NCBI GenBank assembly: GCA_045564835.1
Contig: JBJLGN010000021.1
Location: 1,073 to 65,072, forward strand
Reading direction: 5' to 3'
Length of the DNA: 64,000 nt
Source: Dehalococcoidia bacterium
GTDB lineage: Bacteria > Chloroflexota > Dehalococcoidia > Lucifugimonadales > GCA-002694895
Positions 26,447 through 37,042 of this stretch are shown piece by piece. The notes beneath the pieces were generated by a model. That model was not told the DNA's origin. It did no database searches and was given only the letters and a program-made list of their open reading frames with translations. A program made the translations under genes and the position numbers. Every line of letters begins with the position of its first letter. Positions within the stretch are counted from its first letter, which is position 1.

Positions 26447-27949
26447 ATGAACCATTCTAAATATCTAGCCACTGCATTTATTTTCGTAATATCAATTTTA
26501 CTGATTGCTTTATTTACATATTTATTTGACCAACAAAACATAACAAATAAACGAATTAATAATTTATATGAATCATCAAATGAACAAACAAAAGAATTAG
26601 CAAATTTAAACGAAAGTATTAAATCTCATTATGAAAAATCACACGAAATTACTGCGAGTATAATTTCTAATGAAGAAGCAGTAATACCTGTTGATAAAAC
26701 ATGTGTATTATCAGGAGGAGAGATTGTTGAAGATGGATGGGTCGGCAAAGACACTGGGAATAATTATTGCAATCAATGTCGATGTATGGATGGCGCTATG
26801 GCTTGTACTAAAATGGCATGTATAAATAGAAAATCTGACAGTATATCTGACAATGTAATTGCAAGCGATGGTAAAGAAAATAATAAATCAGATAAATATT
26901 TAGACAAAACACCTGATATTATAAACGTGATTTTGGCAAAAATAATTTCAGATGAAAATATAGATAATAATAATCTTATATTAGATTCTTTTGAAGAAGT
27001 AACATGGAATTCAAGCGCATTAGGATGCCCTGTAAATGGAGTGTTCTATGCTCAAGTAATGACAGACGGTTATAAATTAAATTTATTGAAAAACAATGAA
27101 ATAGAGGAATATCATTCTGATTTAAGATCTAACTATATTAATTGCACTAAGATTAGAAAATCAAATATAACCACAACAGAAGTAACTAAAAATTGTGAAC
27201 AATCTAATAATTTTATTGATATAAAAGCAAACGAAGCTAATAATTTATACCCTAGCCCAAAATTAGAAGTTAGATGTGAAGGTGATCTCCTAATTATCAA
27301 AAGCAACGGAATACCTGTATTTGAATTTAAAACTACTACACCCAATCCACTGTTAGAGCAATCGCACAATTGGTCAATTCCTCAAAATCCTAAATTAGCT
27401 GATTCAATAACAGATCTACCTTTGTTAGGGACAGTTGCAGTTGCTATTGACGGATTACCATATTACGGGCCTAATGAAGGACCTCCACAAGGTTTTGGAG
27501 ATCCATTTTTAGACGAAATATTAGACTATTGTAATGGACACACTGCGCCTGGTGGAGATTATCATTATCATTCTGTGCCCTCATGTTTAGTAAACATAAA
27601 TAAGTCTCAAGTAATAGGATATGCTTTGGATGGCTTTGAGATAGTTTCGCCAAACAAAAATATAAAAAGTAGCTGGAAAAAAACTTCGAATGCAAGGTCT
27701 GCATGGGAAGCTAATGAATTTGTAGAAGGATCGGGAGAATTAGATAAATGTAATGGGAAAATTGACGATGATGGAGTTTACCGTTATCATGCAACTAATT
27801 CATTTCCATATATTATTGGTTGCTACAAAGGAGTAATTGAAAATATATCGAATAATAATACTTCAAGTATAAATGATAACCCAAGACAACGTTCACCAAG
27901 ATCACAAAATAATCCGCCGTTAAGACAAATGCCAAAAAGAAATGATTAA
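26447..27949 (+). CDS. Membrane-anchored secreted YHYH-domain protein with an N-proximal Cys-rich module
   Basis: N-terminal TM helix, a Cys-rich block at residues 86-125, GGDYHYHS (YHYH motif), and a basic Pro/Arg tail. Confidence 0.6.
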   Translation: MNHSKYLATAFIFVISILLIALFTYLFDQQNITNKRINNLYESSNEQTKELANLNESIKSHYEKSHEITASIISNEEAVIPVDKTCVLSGGEIVEDGWVGKDTGNNYCNQCRCMDGAMACTKMACINRKSDSISDNVIASDGKENNKSDKYLDKTPDIINVILAKIISDENIDNNNLILDSFEEVTWNSSALGCPVNGVFYAQVMTDGYKLNLLKNNEIEEYHSDLRSNYINCTKIRKSNITTTEVTKNCEQSNNFIDIKANEANNLYPSPKLEVRCEGDLLIIKSNGIPVFEFKTTTPNPLLEQSHNWSIPQNPKLADSITDLPLLGTVAVAIDGLPYYGPNEGPPQGFGDPFLDEILDYCNGHTAPGGDYHYHSVPSCLVNINKSQVIGYALDGFEIVSPNKNIKSSWKKTSNARSAWEANEFVEGSGELDKCNGKIDDDGVYRYHATNSFPYIIGCYKGVIENISNNNTSSINDNPRQRSPRSQNNPPLRQMPKRND

Positions 27950-28882
27950 TCACATAAAATAAGGCTGAGTCCAAGCTTTATAACCATCCGAGCTCGTTAT
28001 CACTGCTCTTATATATTTTTCATTACCTTTTATTTTATATGAAGGTGTTAAGTCGTCTGATACTAATAAAATTTCGCCATTGTATCCAATGAATTCTGTT
28101 TTAAATTGTTGATCAGTAATTTTAGGAGAAAGAATATGAATTTGCGTTGGGTCTAAATCAATCTCAATAGTTATTTCATTTTTATTAATTAAAATATCAG
28201 AGATATATACTCCTGTACTTGAATAAAAATTTCCCATTTCAAAATTCTCAAGGATATCATTTTGTGAATTAGATTTTGCTCTAACCATTACCCATCCTCG
28301 CCCAGGATTAGAAAAAGTTGAATGAAACACTTTGTAGTGATGAGAATCATCTGTTGCTACACCATAAATTAATTTACCACTGCTTAAAACAGAATCCCAA
28401 ATTTGATCGGTATTTTTCTTATTCCCATTTCTCATATCACCTAAATCATTAGCGTGAGTTCCACCGTTAAAAACCTCAAAAAATTTCAGGTTTTCAGATT
28501 CAATTATCATCTTGTCGTCAACAGCCCATTTATAATTGGGATGATTTAATATTGGGATCCCATTAGCAGTCTGAATAGCTTTAATATTAGCTTTTAAAGT
28601 GTCTAATGAATCTTTTCCGTAAATAGGCTCTACATAAGATTCTATACCTACAGCACCAACATGAATATTGAAGGGTTCTCTTATTGTAACTTCTTCACCA
28701 GGAATTAATAATAAATCAGGCTTATCCTTTCCATAATCTAAAATTGTAAGATGATTATGATCACTCAAGACCAAAAAATCATAATTATGTTCTACAAAAT
28801 AATCGACTACAACTTCTGGATCCGAGTCACCATCTGACTCATTTGTGTGGGTATGTATGTTACCTTTATACCACTTTTGCAT
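27950..28882 (-). CDS. PHP-domain (CehA/McbA-like) metal-dependent phosphoesterase
   Basis: GNIHTHTNESDGD N-terminal PHP motif, plus later HH and DDSHH motifs. Confidence 0.65.
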   Translation of the reverse strand: MQKWYKGNIHTHTNESDGDSDPEVVVDYFVEHNYDFLVLSDHNHLTILDYGKDKPDLLLIPGEEVTIREPFNIHVGAVGIESYVEPIYGKDSLDTLKANIKAIQTANGIPILNHPNYKWAVDDKMIIESENLKFFEVFNGGTHANDLGDMRNGNKKNTDQIWDSVLSSGKLIYGVATDDSHHYKVFHSTFSNPGRGWVMVRAKSNSQNDILENFEMGNFYSSTGVYISDILINKNEITIEIDLDPTQIHILSPKITDQQFKTEFIGYNGEILLVSDDLTPSYKIKGNEKYIRAVITSSDGYKAWTQPYFM

Positions 28883-28884
28883 AA

Positions 28885-30255
28885 CTATATTCTTTCAAAA
28901 TATCTATTTTTTTCCCAGTCTGTAACTGCTTTTTCATAAAGTAATTTTTCAATACTAAAAAAATGGTTATAATGATCTTTCACATTATTGCCAAATACAT
29001 CAGCAATAAATTTACTTTTCTCAAACAATTGAAGGCCTTTGCCAATATTATCAGGGCATGATTGTAGAGAACTATTATTATAAGAATCTCCCTCTGATAT
29101 CTTAGGAGGTTCGATTTTTTCTTCAATACCTTTTAACCCTGCAGCTATACTTGCGGCAAAAGCTAAATAAGGATTAACATCAGCACCGGGAATTCTGCAC
29201 TCAATTCTCAAGCTCGACTCTTCACCTACAATTCTATATGTAGAGGTTCGGTTATCCATACTCCAACTTATTTTTGTAGGAGCAAATGACTCAGATACAA
29301 ATCTTTTAAAGGATGTAGGATAAGGGGAATAAAACATAAATATATCTGGAGAATATTTCATCCATCCACCAAGAAAATTTTTGAAATAATCAGAAACTTT
29401 AAGTTCAGACTTACTATTAGGGTCAAAAAAAAGATTAGTGTTTTCTTTTTCGTCCCATAAACTTAAATGGATGTGCGAACTTGAACCTGCTGAATTTTCA
29501 TCCCATTTAGACATAAAAGTTACAGACATATCTTGCTGGTACGCAATCTCTTTAGCCGCTTGCTTTATAATGCTATGGTTATCAGCCATTGTTAAAGGAT
29601 CTGAATATTTAACATTTATTTCTTGTTGCCCTAAGCTCCACTCACCTTTAGTGCACTCAACTTCAATACCAGAGTTAGCAAGATGTTTTCGTAACAATGA
29701 CATGTAAGATTCTTCTTTGGTAGTATTGAGCAAACTATAATCTTCTCTAAATCTATTACTTGGATTCATTTTTATATAAGAGTCATTTTTTGCATCTTGA
29801 TAAGAATTATCAAAAACATAAAATTCTAACTCAGAAGCAAGTTTAATTTGAAAGCCTTTGGATTTGGCCAATTCTATTTGATTTTTCAATATTGATCTCG
29901 GAGATTCAGAAACTATATTATGGTTTTTTTCAACATCTCCAATAATAATAGCTGTTTTATCTAACCAGTCAGCTATTCGAATAGAATTTGTATCTAATTT
30001 CAAATGAAAATCCCCGTAACCTTTTTCCCAACTTGAAATTTGATATCCTGGTATAGTTTCCATATCTATGTCAGATCCAAGTAAATAATCACAGGCGTGA
30101 GTTCCTTGTTCTAGAACATCAGTTATGAAAAAATTGCTATCAAATCTTTTTCCTACTAACCTTCCATACATATCAGGGAAAGCAGTAATTACTGTTTCTA
30201 CGGATTGATTTTTAACTAAATTAATAAGTTCGTCTTTTGTTATTTTTAAATTCAT
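28885..30255 (-). CDS. Glutamine-synthetase-family gamma-glutamyl ligase (PuuA/GlnA3-like)
   Basis: GS catalytic-domain motifs, including VECTKGEWSLGQQEINVKY and SSSHIHLSLW. Length 456 aa. Confidence 0.8.
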   Translation of the reverse strand: MNLKITKDELINLVKNQSVETVITAFPDMYGRLVGKRFDSNFFITDVLEQGTHACDYLLGSDIDMETIPGYQISSWEKGYGDFHLKLDTNSIRIADWLDKTAIIIGDVEKNHNIVSESPRSILKNQIELAKSKGFQIKLASELEFYVFDNSYQDAKNDSYIKMNPSNRFREDYSLLNTTKEESYMSLLRKHLANSGIEVECTKGEWSLGQQEINVKYSDPLTMADNHSIIKQAAKEIAYQQDMSVTFMSKWDENSAGSSSHIHLSLWDEKENTNLFFDPNSKSELKVSDYFKNFLGGWMKYSPDIFMFYSPYPTSFKRFVSESFAPTKISWSMDNRTSTYRIVGEESSLRIECRIPGADVNPYLAFAASIAAGLKGIEEKIEPPKISEGDSYNNSSLQSCPDNIGKGLQLFEKSKFIADVFGNNVKDHYNHFFSIEKLLYEKAVTDWEKNRYFERI

Positions 30256-30259
30256 TTTC

Positions 30260-31525
30260 TTATAATTTTTTTCTATTTTTAAATTCTACCATTGATTCGT
30301 TATATTTTTCTTTATCTTTTAGCAATGTATAAGCAGTAGCTGACATGCCTTTAATTATTTCAATCCCATTTTTATGAGCAAGATTACTTATTGAAGCTTT
30401 TTCCATTTCAATAGAATGCCCAGGAACAGGATCTTTAGAAACGGCAAAATGAAAAGCGTATGAAGGCATCTCGTGACTAATGTTGCCAAAATCTGTTGAA
30501 GCTCCACTACCATATTTATTTTTTGGTTGTTCACTTAAATTAATATCAAGATCGTTCAAATAAAACTTGCCTAATTTTCCAATTGTTGTATTTGGAATAA
30601 CATGTTTATATCCGGGTTCATCTTCAGCTATTTCTAACTCTGCCCCTGTCATCAAAGCTGCACCATTAGCAATATTATCAATTTGTTTTCTTATAAAATC
30701 AACATAATCTGACTTTTTTGATCTCATTAATATATCAGCTTCTGCAAATGCTGGTACTATATTAGGCGCTTTTCCTCCATCTGTTATTATTCCGTGAACT
30801 CTAGCGTCATCTTTCAAATGTTGCCTCAAAGAGTCAATGCCATTAAAAAGCATAATGACTGAATTTAATGCATTCACTCCTTCATCAGGATTTATTGCTG
30901 CATGAGAAGCTTTCCCATGAAATTTATATAGTGCTTTAGATGTAGCCAAACTCATTCCCTCTTCCATTGGAACATCCTGCCATAGAATAGTTAAATTTGA
31001 AGATCCGTGCGAAGATATAGAAATATCTACATCATCAAAAAGACCTTCGTTTAACAAACTGATTTTTCCTCCACCACCTTCTTCAGCTGGGGTCCCAATC
31101 AATCTGATTTCACCTTCAAATTCTCCATTAAGAGCTAAAAATGACAAAAATGCGCCAACATTAGTCATTGCTATTAAATTATGTCCACAGGCATGGCCTA
31201 TTGCAGGTAAAGCATCATATTCTGCCAAAAACGATATAACTGGACCTTCTTTTTTACCTTTTATTGATGATACAAATGCAGTTGGGTAGTTTTCAACCGG
31301 AGTAAATTCTAATCCATTTTCAACTATTAATGATTTAATGTTTTCTACTGCTTTATATTCCTTCCATTTAATTTCAGGATTACTGTGAATAACTCTACTA
31401 AGTTCCAAAAGATCATTTTTCAACTCTTCGGTTTTCAAATATAATTTATTGATAGCATCACTCATATAACTCATAATTTTTGTATATAATAATTTAACTA
31501 TACAAGTATAATGATTTGAAAACAA
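30260..31525 (-). CDS. M20-family amidohydrolase (M20D / AbgB-like)
   Basis: GHACGHN metal-binding motif and PAEEGGGGK. The true start is probably Met18 or Met21 (31474 or 31465). Confidence 0.8.
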   Translation of the reverse strand: MFSNHYTCIVKLLYTKIMSYMSDAINKLYLKTEELKNDLLELSRVIHSNPEIKWKEYKAVENIKSLIVENGLEFTPVENYPTAFVSSIKGKKEGPVISFLAEYDALPAIGHACGHNLIAMTNVGAFLSFLALNGEFEGEIRLIGTPAEEGGGGKISLLNEGLFDDVDISISSHGSSNLTILWQDVPMEEGMSLATSKALYKFHGKASHAAINPDEGVNALNSVIMLFNGIDSLRQHLKDDARVHGIITDGGKAPNIVPAFAEADILMRSKKSDYVDFIRKQIDNIANGAALMTGAELEIAEDEPGYKHVIPNTTIGKLGKFYLNDLDINLSEQPKNKYGSGASTDFGNISHEMPSYAFHFAVSKDPVPGHSIEMEKASISNLAHKNGIEIIKGMSATAYTLLKDKEKYNESMVEFKNRKKL

Positions 31526-31546
31526 ATTTCAAGAATTTCAAACAAT

Positions 31547-32311
31547 ATGACTAATAACACAAAACCGTCTTATAATTTTAATAACAAAACTGCTGTAATT
31601 ACAGGGGCTGGCGGAGGTATGGGAGAGCAAATTTGCTTATCTTTAGAATCATACGGAGCTAAAGTATATGGAATAGACTTAAAACCAGCGCCTTCACACT
31701 ACAAAGGAAAAAATATTACATATTTCCAAGAAGATATCACAGATTATACAGCTATAGACTCCGTATTTAGTAAAATTTCAAAAGAATCCACAAAGCTAGA
31801 TTATTTAGGGAATGTGGCTGGCGTTTTGTTATTTGATCAAGATAAATCTTTACTAGACATAGATATGGAGGTGTATGACAAGGTTATCGAAATAAACTTA
31901 AAAGCAGCTACATATATGGCGAGAAAAGCAATTCCATTGATGCTCAAATCCAACGGGGGATCAGTAGTTAATTTTTCTTCTGTGCAAGCTTATAGGGGTG
32001 ATGCTTTGCCACAAGATGCATATTCGCAATCCAAAGCAGCAATATTAAACCTTTCAAAATCTATAGCCATGCAATTTGCTGATAAAAATATTAGAGCTAA
32101 TACTATTGTTCCAGGAATGACTATGACGCCTCTACAAAAACGATGGGAAGGCGATGAGATTTCAAAACAAAAGATGGCCGATTATATTCCGCTAAAACGA
32201 TTAGGGACACCTATGGATATGTCTGACGGTGTTTTGTTCTTATTTTCTGATGCCTCATCCTTTATTACTGGCACAGAATTAATTATTGATGGCGGGATAT
32301 TACTTCACTAA
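31547..32311 (+). CDS. Short-chain dehydrogenase/reductase
   Basis: TGAGGGMG cofactor motif and YSQSK catalytic YxxxK. Confidence 0.85.
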   Translation: MTNNTKPSYNFNNKTAVITGAGGGMGEQICLSLESYGAKVYGIDLKPAPSHYKGKNITYFQEDITDYTAIDSVFSKISKESTKLDYLGNVAGVLLFDQDKSLLDIDMEVYDKVIEINLKAATYMARKAIPLMLKSNGGSVVNFSSVQAYRGDALPQDAYSQSKAAILNLSKSIAMQFADKNIRANTIVPGMTMTPLQKRWEGDEISKQKMADYIPLKRLGTPMDMSDGVLFLFSDASSFITGTELIIDGGILLH

Positions 32312-32312
32312 T

Positions 32313-32642
32313 TTACTTCATTACTGACATATCAGTTGATTTTAAGCGTTTAACAACTGTCGCACTTCTATCAATTAATTTTTCAACAGTTTTATCCATA
32401 CCATTTAACCATTCATCACTTTCATAAACTTTCTTATACAAAGATATTCTTTCTTGTTCGTTTTCAAATCTTCTAATCCAAACATAAGTATCATTATCCT
32501 CTTCAACAGTAAAACTTCCGTGAATAACCATGCCTTTTGATACTTGAAAAGGCATTATAGTACCTTCCATAAAATGTATCCATTCATTCATTTTTCCAGG
32601 TAAAATTTTATAAGTTCTTAATTCAAAAAATGCATCCATCAA
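32313..32642 (-). CDS. NIPSNAP-family protein
   Basis: FELRTYKILPGKMNEWIHFMEG is a typical NIPSNAP N-terminus. Length 109 aa. Confidence 0.7.
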   Translation of the reverse strand: MMDAFFELRTYKILPGKMNEWIHFMEGTIMPFQVSKGMVIHGSFTVEEDNDTYVWIRRFENEQERISLYKKVYESDEWLNGMDKTVEKLIDRSATVVKRLKSTDMSVMK

Positions 32643-32717
32643 TAAACTCCTTAATTTAAATTAATATAATTATTTATAAATATTGAGAAAAAAATCTACC
32701 TCAATTAAAGTAAAATA

Positions 32718-34196
32718 ATGGAAAAATATATTTTATCTCTAGATCAAGGCACAACAAGCTCTAGAGCTGTACTAATAAATGAAAAAGCTCAAATAGTTTC
32801 AATATCACAAAAAGAAATACAACAAATATACCCAAAAGAAGGTTGGGTTGAGCATGATCCTGTAGAAATCTTAAATTCGGTTATTGATGTTATAAAAGAG
32901 GTTATAGAAAAGCAAAAAATCCAACCCCAACAAATTAAATCAATAGGTATTACAAATCAAAGAGAAACTACTGTTATTTGGGACAAAGAAACTGGCAAAC
33001 CAATTCACAACGCCATAGTTTGGCAAGATAACAGGACAATAGCATTATGTGAAAAATTAAATGAACAAAAATTAGATAAAATAATATCTGACAAAACAGG
33101 TTTAGTAATAGGACCTTATTTTTCTGCTACAAAAATTAAATGGTTGCTAGACAGTGTTTTACATGCTAGAAAACTCGCTGAATCTGGAAAACTAATTTTT
33201 GGTAATATTGATACTTGGTTAATATGGAATTTAACAAATAAATCCACTCATGCCACAGATTTTTCAAATGCATCAAGAACAATGCTCTTTAACATTAACA
33301 CTTTAGAATGGGATGAAGATATATTGCAAGAGTTAGACATCCCTAAACCCATCTTACCAGAAGTGAAAAATTCTAATTCTTATTATGGAGATTTTCAATA
33401 TAAAGGAACTAATATCCCCATAAATGGAATATTAGGAGATCAACAAGCATCTTTGTTTGGTCATATGTGCTTTGAAAAAAATTCAATTAAAAATACTTAT
33501 GGCACTGGATGTTTTGTGCTTATGAATACAGGTACCCAAATAATAAAAAGTAAGAATGGGTTGTTGTCAACGGTTGCATGGGGAATAGAAAATAATATTT
33601 CTTATGCTCTAGAAGGAAGTATATTTATTGGAGGAGCTGCAATTCAATGGCTTAGGGACGAAGTAGGAATTATACAATCATCTGAGCAATCTGAAAGTGA
33701 AGCTTTAAAATCAACTAAATCAAAAAATTTATATATGGTTCCTGCATTCAATGGATTAGGTGCTCCCTATTGGGATATGCATGCCACTGGTTTAATAATA
33801 GGAATCACTAGAGATACAAACAATTCAGATATTATAAAAGCTACTCTCAATTCAATTGCATATCAAACTAAAGATGTTTTAATAAGCATGGAAAATGATG
33901 TTGGGAGTAAAATAAATACATTAAATGTAGACGGAGGCGCATCGACTAACGACTATTTGATGCAATTTCAATCTGACATATTGGGTATAAATTTAAAAAG
34001 ACCTAAATATACTGAATTGACAGCTTTGGGAGCTGGTTATATTGCTGGATTGAAGTCCTCTTTTTGGGATATAGATCATTTAAAAACATTAAATAAAAAT
34101 AACACAGTATTTCATCATACATACAATACAAATAAAATAGATGATTTATACAAGAAATGGAAAAAAGCAGTACATAGATCTATGAATTGGAGTTAA
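32718..34196 (+). CDS. glpK: Glycerol kinase
   Basis: ILSLDQGTTSSRAVL, GITNQRETTVIWD and YGTGCF motifs. Length 492 aa. Confidence 0.92.
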   Translation: MEKYILSLDQGTTSSRAVLINEKAQIVSISQKEIQQIYPKEGWVEHDPVEILNSVIDVIKEVIEKQKIQPQQIKSIGITNQRETTVIWDKETGKPIHNAIVWQDNRTIALCEKLNEQKLDKIISDKTGLVIGPYFSATKIKWLLDSVLHARKLAESGKLIFGNIDTWLIWNLTNKSTHATDFSNASRTMLFNINTLEWDEDILQELDIPKPILPEVKNSNSYYGDFQYKGTNIPINGILGDQQASLFGHMCFEKNSIKNTYGTGCFVLMNTGTQIIKSKNGLLSTVAWGIENNISYALEGSIFIGGAAIQWLRDEVGIIQSSEQSESEALKSTKSKNLYMVPAFNGLGAPYWDMHATGLIIGITRDTNNSDIIKATLNSIAYQTKDVLISMENDVGSKINTLNVDGGASTNDYLMQFQSDILGINLKRPKYTELTALGAGYIAGLKSSFWDIDHLKTLNKNNTVFHHTYNTNKIDDLYKKWKKAVHRSMNWS

Positions 34197-35083
34197 TAAA
34201 AAATATCTATTGCTTTTTCCATAACTTCTGACTCAAATGGGCTTTCTCCAATCATTTCTCCATCTATATTTAACTGATCATTATTGTCAGAAATCAAATT
34301 GAATTCTTTACACTTAATATACTTTACTTCCGGTTCATTTATATGTGTACCATTAAATAATTTGGGTAAAACATTTAATAATCTAAATCTAGATATATTA
34401 CCCTCAACAATAATTACATCAATTAATCCATCATCAAGTTTTGCATTGGGTGCCATTAACATTCCTTTGCCCACATTTTTAGAATTACAAGCAATAGCAA
34501 ACATAAATTCACCTTCTATAATATTGTCATCAACTTTTAATGTAGCATATCTTGTTTTTTTAAAGAATATTTCTATTACCGCAGCTATTGTATATCTTGA
34601 ATATCCAAATAACCTAAATTTTTCTGAGGTTAACCCAACATCCGTAATCATCCCCCATCCGACCAAGTTAATAGAATATTTTATTTTTTGATTGTACTTA
34701 ATTCTTAGAATATCTATTTTTTTTGTTTTATGCATTATTATTCGATCTAAAGCTAGAATTGGGTCCGTGATATTCAAATCTAATAAAAAAGAATTCCCTG
34801 TACCACCTGGGATAATTCCTATGGGTATTTGAGTGTTATCTTTTCTAGTCATCATGCCATTAACAATTTCATGAAACGTACCATCTCCTCCAATCATTAT
34901 TATTCCATCATACTTTGATATGTTTAATGTTTGGGTTAATGATGAAGCGTCACCAGAATTTTTGGTAATATGTGTATCATACGAAAAGCCTTTAGTATCA
35001 AGAATTGATTCAATATTTTTTAATATATTTAGTCCTTTCTTTTTCCCACTAAATGGGTTAACAATAATAATGTAATTTTTCAT
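34193..35083 (-). CDS. Diacylglycerol-kinase-catalytic-domain lipid kinase (YegS/BmrU family)
   Basis: GGDGTFHEIVNG motif. Overlaps the glpK end by 4 nt on the opposite strand. Confidence 0.8.
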   Translation of the reverse strand: MKNYIIIVNPFSGKKKGLNILKNIESILDTKGFSYDTHITKNSGDASSLTQTLNISKYDGIIMIGGDGTFHEIVNGMMTRKDNTQIPIGIIPGGTGNSFLLDLNITDPILALDRIIMHKTKKIDILRIKYNQKIKYSINLVGWGMITDVGLTSEKFRLFGYSRYTIAAVIEIFFKKTRYATLKVDDNIIEGEFMFAIACNSKNVGKGMLMAPNAKLDDGLIDVIIVEGNISRFRLLNVLPKLFNGTHINEPEVKYIKCKEFNLISDNNDQLNIDGEMIGESPFESEVMEKAIDIFY

Positions 35084-35090
35084 TATTTTG

Positions 35091-35855
35091 TTACAATATT
35101 TGACTTAAAAATAATTTTGTTCTGTCTTCTTGTGGATTATTAAAGAAATGATCAGGAGTACCTTCTTCAACAATTAATCCTTCATCAAAAAATAAAAACC
35201 TATCCGCCACTTCTCTAGCAAATCCCATTTCATGAGTCACGACAATCATTGTCATCCCAGATTCTGCAAGTTCAGTCATAACTTCCAAAACTTCTTTAAT
35301 CATTTCAGGATCTAAAGCAGACGTTGGTTCATCAAATAACATAATTTTGGGTTGCATAGCTAATGCTCTTGCTATTGCTAGTCTTTGTTGCTGTCCTCCT
35401 GACAATTGGCTGGGAAATTTATTTGCCTGTTCAGGAATACCGACTCTTTTTAATAAATTCATAGCAATTTCGTCTGCATCACCTCTTTTCAATCCTTTTA
35501 CTTTTTGTGGAGCCAAAGTTATGTTTCTTAATACAGAAAGATGTGGAAATAAATTGAATTGTTGAAATACCATGCCAACATTAGATCGCACATGTTCAAG
35601 GTTTTTAACATCGTCATTAAGTTCAACTCCATCTACAATGATTTCACCAGAATCATGTGGTTCTAATCGATTCAAAGTTCTGATATATGTTGATTTCCCT
35701 GAACCAGACGGTCCAAAAACTACTACTACTTCCTGTTCATATATTTTGGAAGATATACCTTTTAACGCTTGGAATTTTCCAAAAGATTTTGTTACATCTG
35801 TTGTAGAAATAATTTCTTTACCAATTTGTTTTTTTGATCTTTTTTTCATACTCAT
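35091..35855 (-). CDS. aapP: General L-amino-acid ABC transporter ATP-binding protein
   Basis: Walker [10 protein letters not shown], signature LSGGQQQR, Walker [12 protein letters not shown]. Confidence 0.85.
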   Translation of the reverse strand: MSMKKRSKKQIGKEIISTTDVTKSFGKFQALKGISSKIYEQEVVVVFGPSGSGKSTYIRTLNRLEPHDSGEIIVDGVELNDDVKNLEHVRSNVGMVFQQFNLFPHLSVLRNITLAPQKVKGLKRGDADEIAMNLLKRVGIPEQANKFPSQLSGGQQQRLAIARALAMQPKIMLFDEPTSALDPEMIKEVLEVMTELAESGMTMIVVTHEMGFAREVADRFLFFDEGLIVEEGTPDHFFNNPQEDRTKLFLSQIL

Positions 35856-35877
35856 ATAAAACTCCTAATTATAAATG

Positions 35878-37041
35878 CTATCTTGTACCTATACCCATTG
35901 ATTTTTCAACTCTTGTACTCAAATTAGAAAGTGCCATAGACACTATCCAGAACAAAAATGCAACTACAGATAATGCTTCTAATGCTTTGCCAAAAAATTC
36001 AGGGTCTTGTTCAGGAATAATCCTTCCCACCTGTAGTAAATCAGTTAGAGCTAAAACAAAGACTAGTGAAGTGTCTTTAAAAACACCGATAAACGTACTA
36101 ATCAAAGCAGGAATAACAACTCGAATAGCCTGGGGTAAAACAATTAAAGTCAACTTAGTAAACAAATTCAAATTCAAACTATCAGCAGCTTCAATTTGCC
36201 CTTTAGGTATAGATTGAAGGCCTCCTCTAATTACTTCTGCCGTATATGCGCTTGTAAATGCAGATAAAATAATCATTGCTCTAATCACAACACTTATTTC
36301 ATTTAAATTCCAAAACTCGGGTAAAAATTTTGGAAGGACAAACCAGGCAAGCAACAGCCAACCTACTAACGGAGCTCCTCTTATTGTTTCAATATAAAAA
36401 GTACATACAATTTTTATTGCTGGTAGTTTGCTTGCTCTACCTAACGCAAATAAAAGACCTAGTGGGAATCCTATAGAAATAGCAACCCCAGCCAAAATAA
36501 TATTTAATAAAAAACCACCCCATAAAGTTGGCTTAGGGCCATCTGCTATTAATAAAATTACAAATATTAATGGAATTATAATGACCCACATGAAAATTAG
36601 TGCTCTTTTTAACAAATTCAAATATTTCAAATTGGTTATATAACTAGTAATAAAATATGAAAAAATCGAAATCAGTGTAAAGATAATTACATTAGCAACA
36701 GCGTTCCCCGTAATAAAAATAAAACAAACACTAGCAAAAATTAGTGCTATAAAAGCTAGTTCTTTCTTGGAAGGCAATACGAATAAGCGAAGTGAAGAAA
36801 AAATAAGAAACGAGGCAATCCATAGAATTGTCCAACCTCTCCATTCTTCACCTTGTGGCATTCTACCAACCAAAAGTAATCTTCTGTTTTCAGTAACAAC
36901 CGTCCATTCGGAAGTAGATATAAATCCGAACAAATTACTTGCTAAATAAAGAAAGATAATTAAGCTCAACAAAGATATAAAAGTGTTATATAGTGATCCC
37001 GAAAAAGTATTGTATGCCCATTTGATTTGTTGATTTAACAT
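35878..37041 (-). CDS. aapM: Amino-acid ABC transporter permease (AapM type, extended N-terminus)
   Basis: EAA loop QIEAADSLNLNLFTKLTLIVLPQA. Length 387 aa. Confidence 0.8.
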   Translation of the reverse strand: MLNQQIKWAYNTFSGSLYNTFISLLSLIIFLYLASNLFGFISTSEWTVVTENRRLLLVGRMPQGEEWRGWTILWIASFLIFSSLRLFVLPSKKELAFIALIFASVCFIFITGNAVANVIIFTLISIFSYFITSYITNLKYLNLLKRALIFMWVIIIPLIFVILLIADGPKPTLWGGFLLNIILAGVAISIGFPLGLLFALGRASKLPAIKIVCTFYIETIRGAPLVGWLLLAWFVLPKFLPEFWNLNEISVVIRAMIILSAFTSAYTAEVIRGGLQSIPKGQIEAADSLNLNLFTKLTLIVLPQAIRVVIPALISTFIGVFKDTSLVFVLALTDLLQVGRIIPEQDPEFFGKALEALSVVAFLFWIVSMALSNLSTRVEKSMGIGTR

Positions 37042-37042
37042 A

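Noticed and set aside
34284-36217. Plus-strand ORFs (34284..34691, 35347..35565, 35572..35859, 35834..36217) opposite the lipid kinase and aapP/aapM
   Set aside because: All are antisense shadows of CDS with clear catalytic motifs (GGDGT, Walker A/B, EAA loop). They lack start contexts and have shadow-frame composition. The same applies to the other short nested ORFs in the track, for example 1418..1600, 3661..3903, 5012..5242, 8396..8605, 10329..10658, 24125..24388, 24915..25247, 54244..54772 and 63312..63909.
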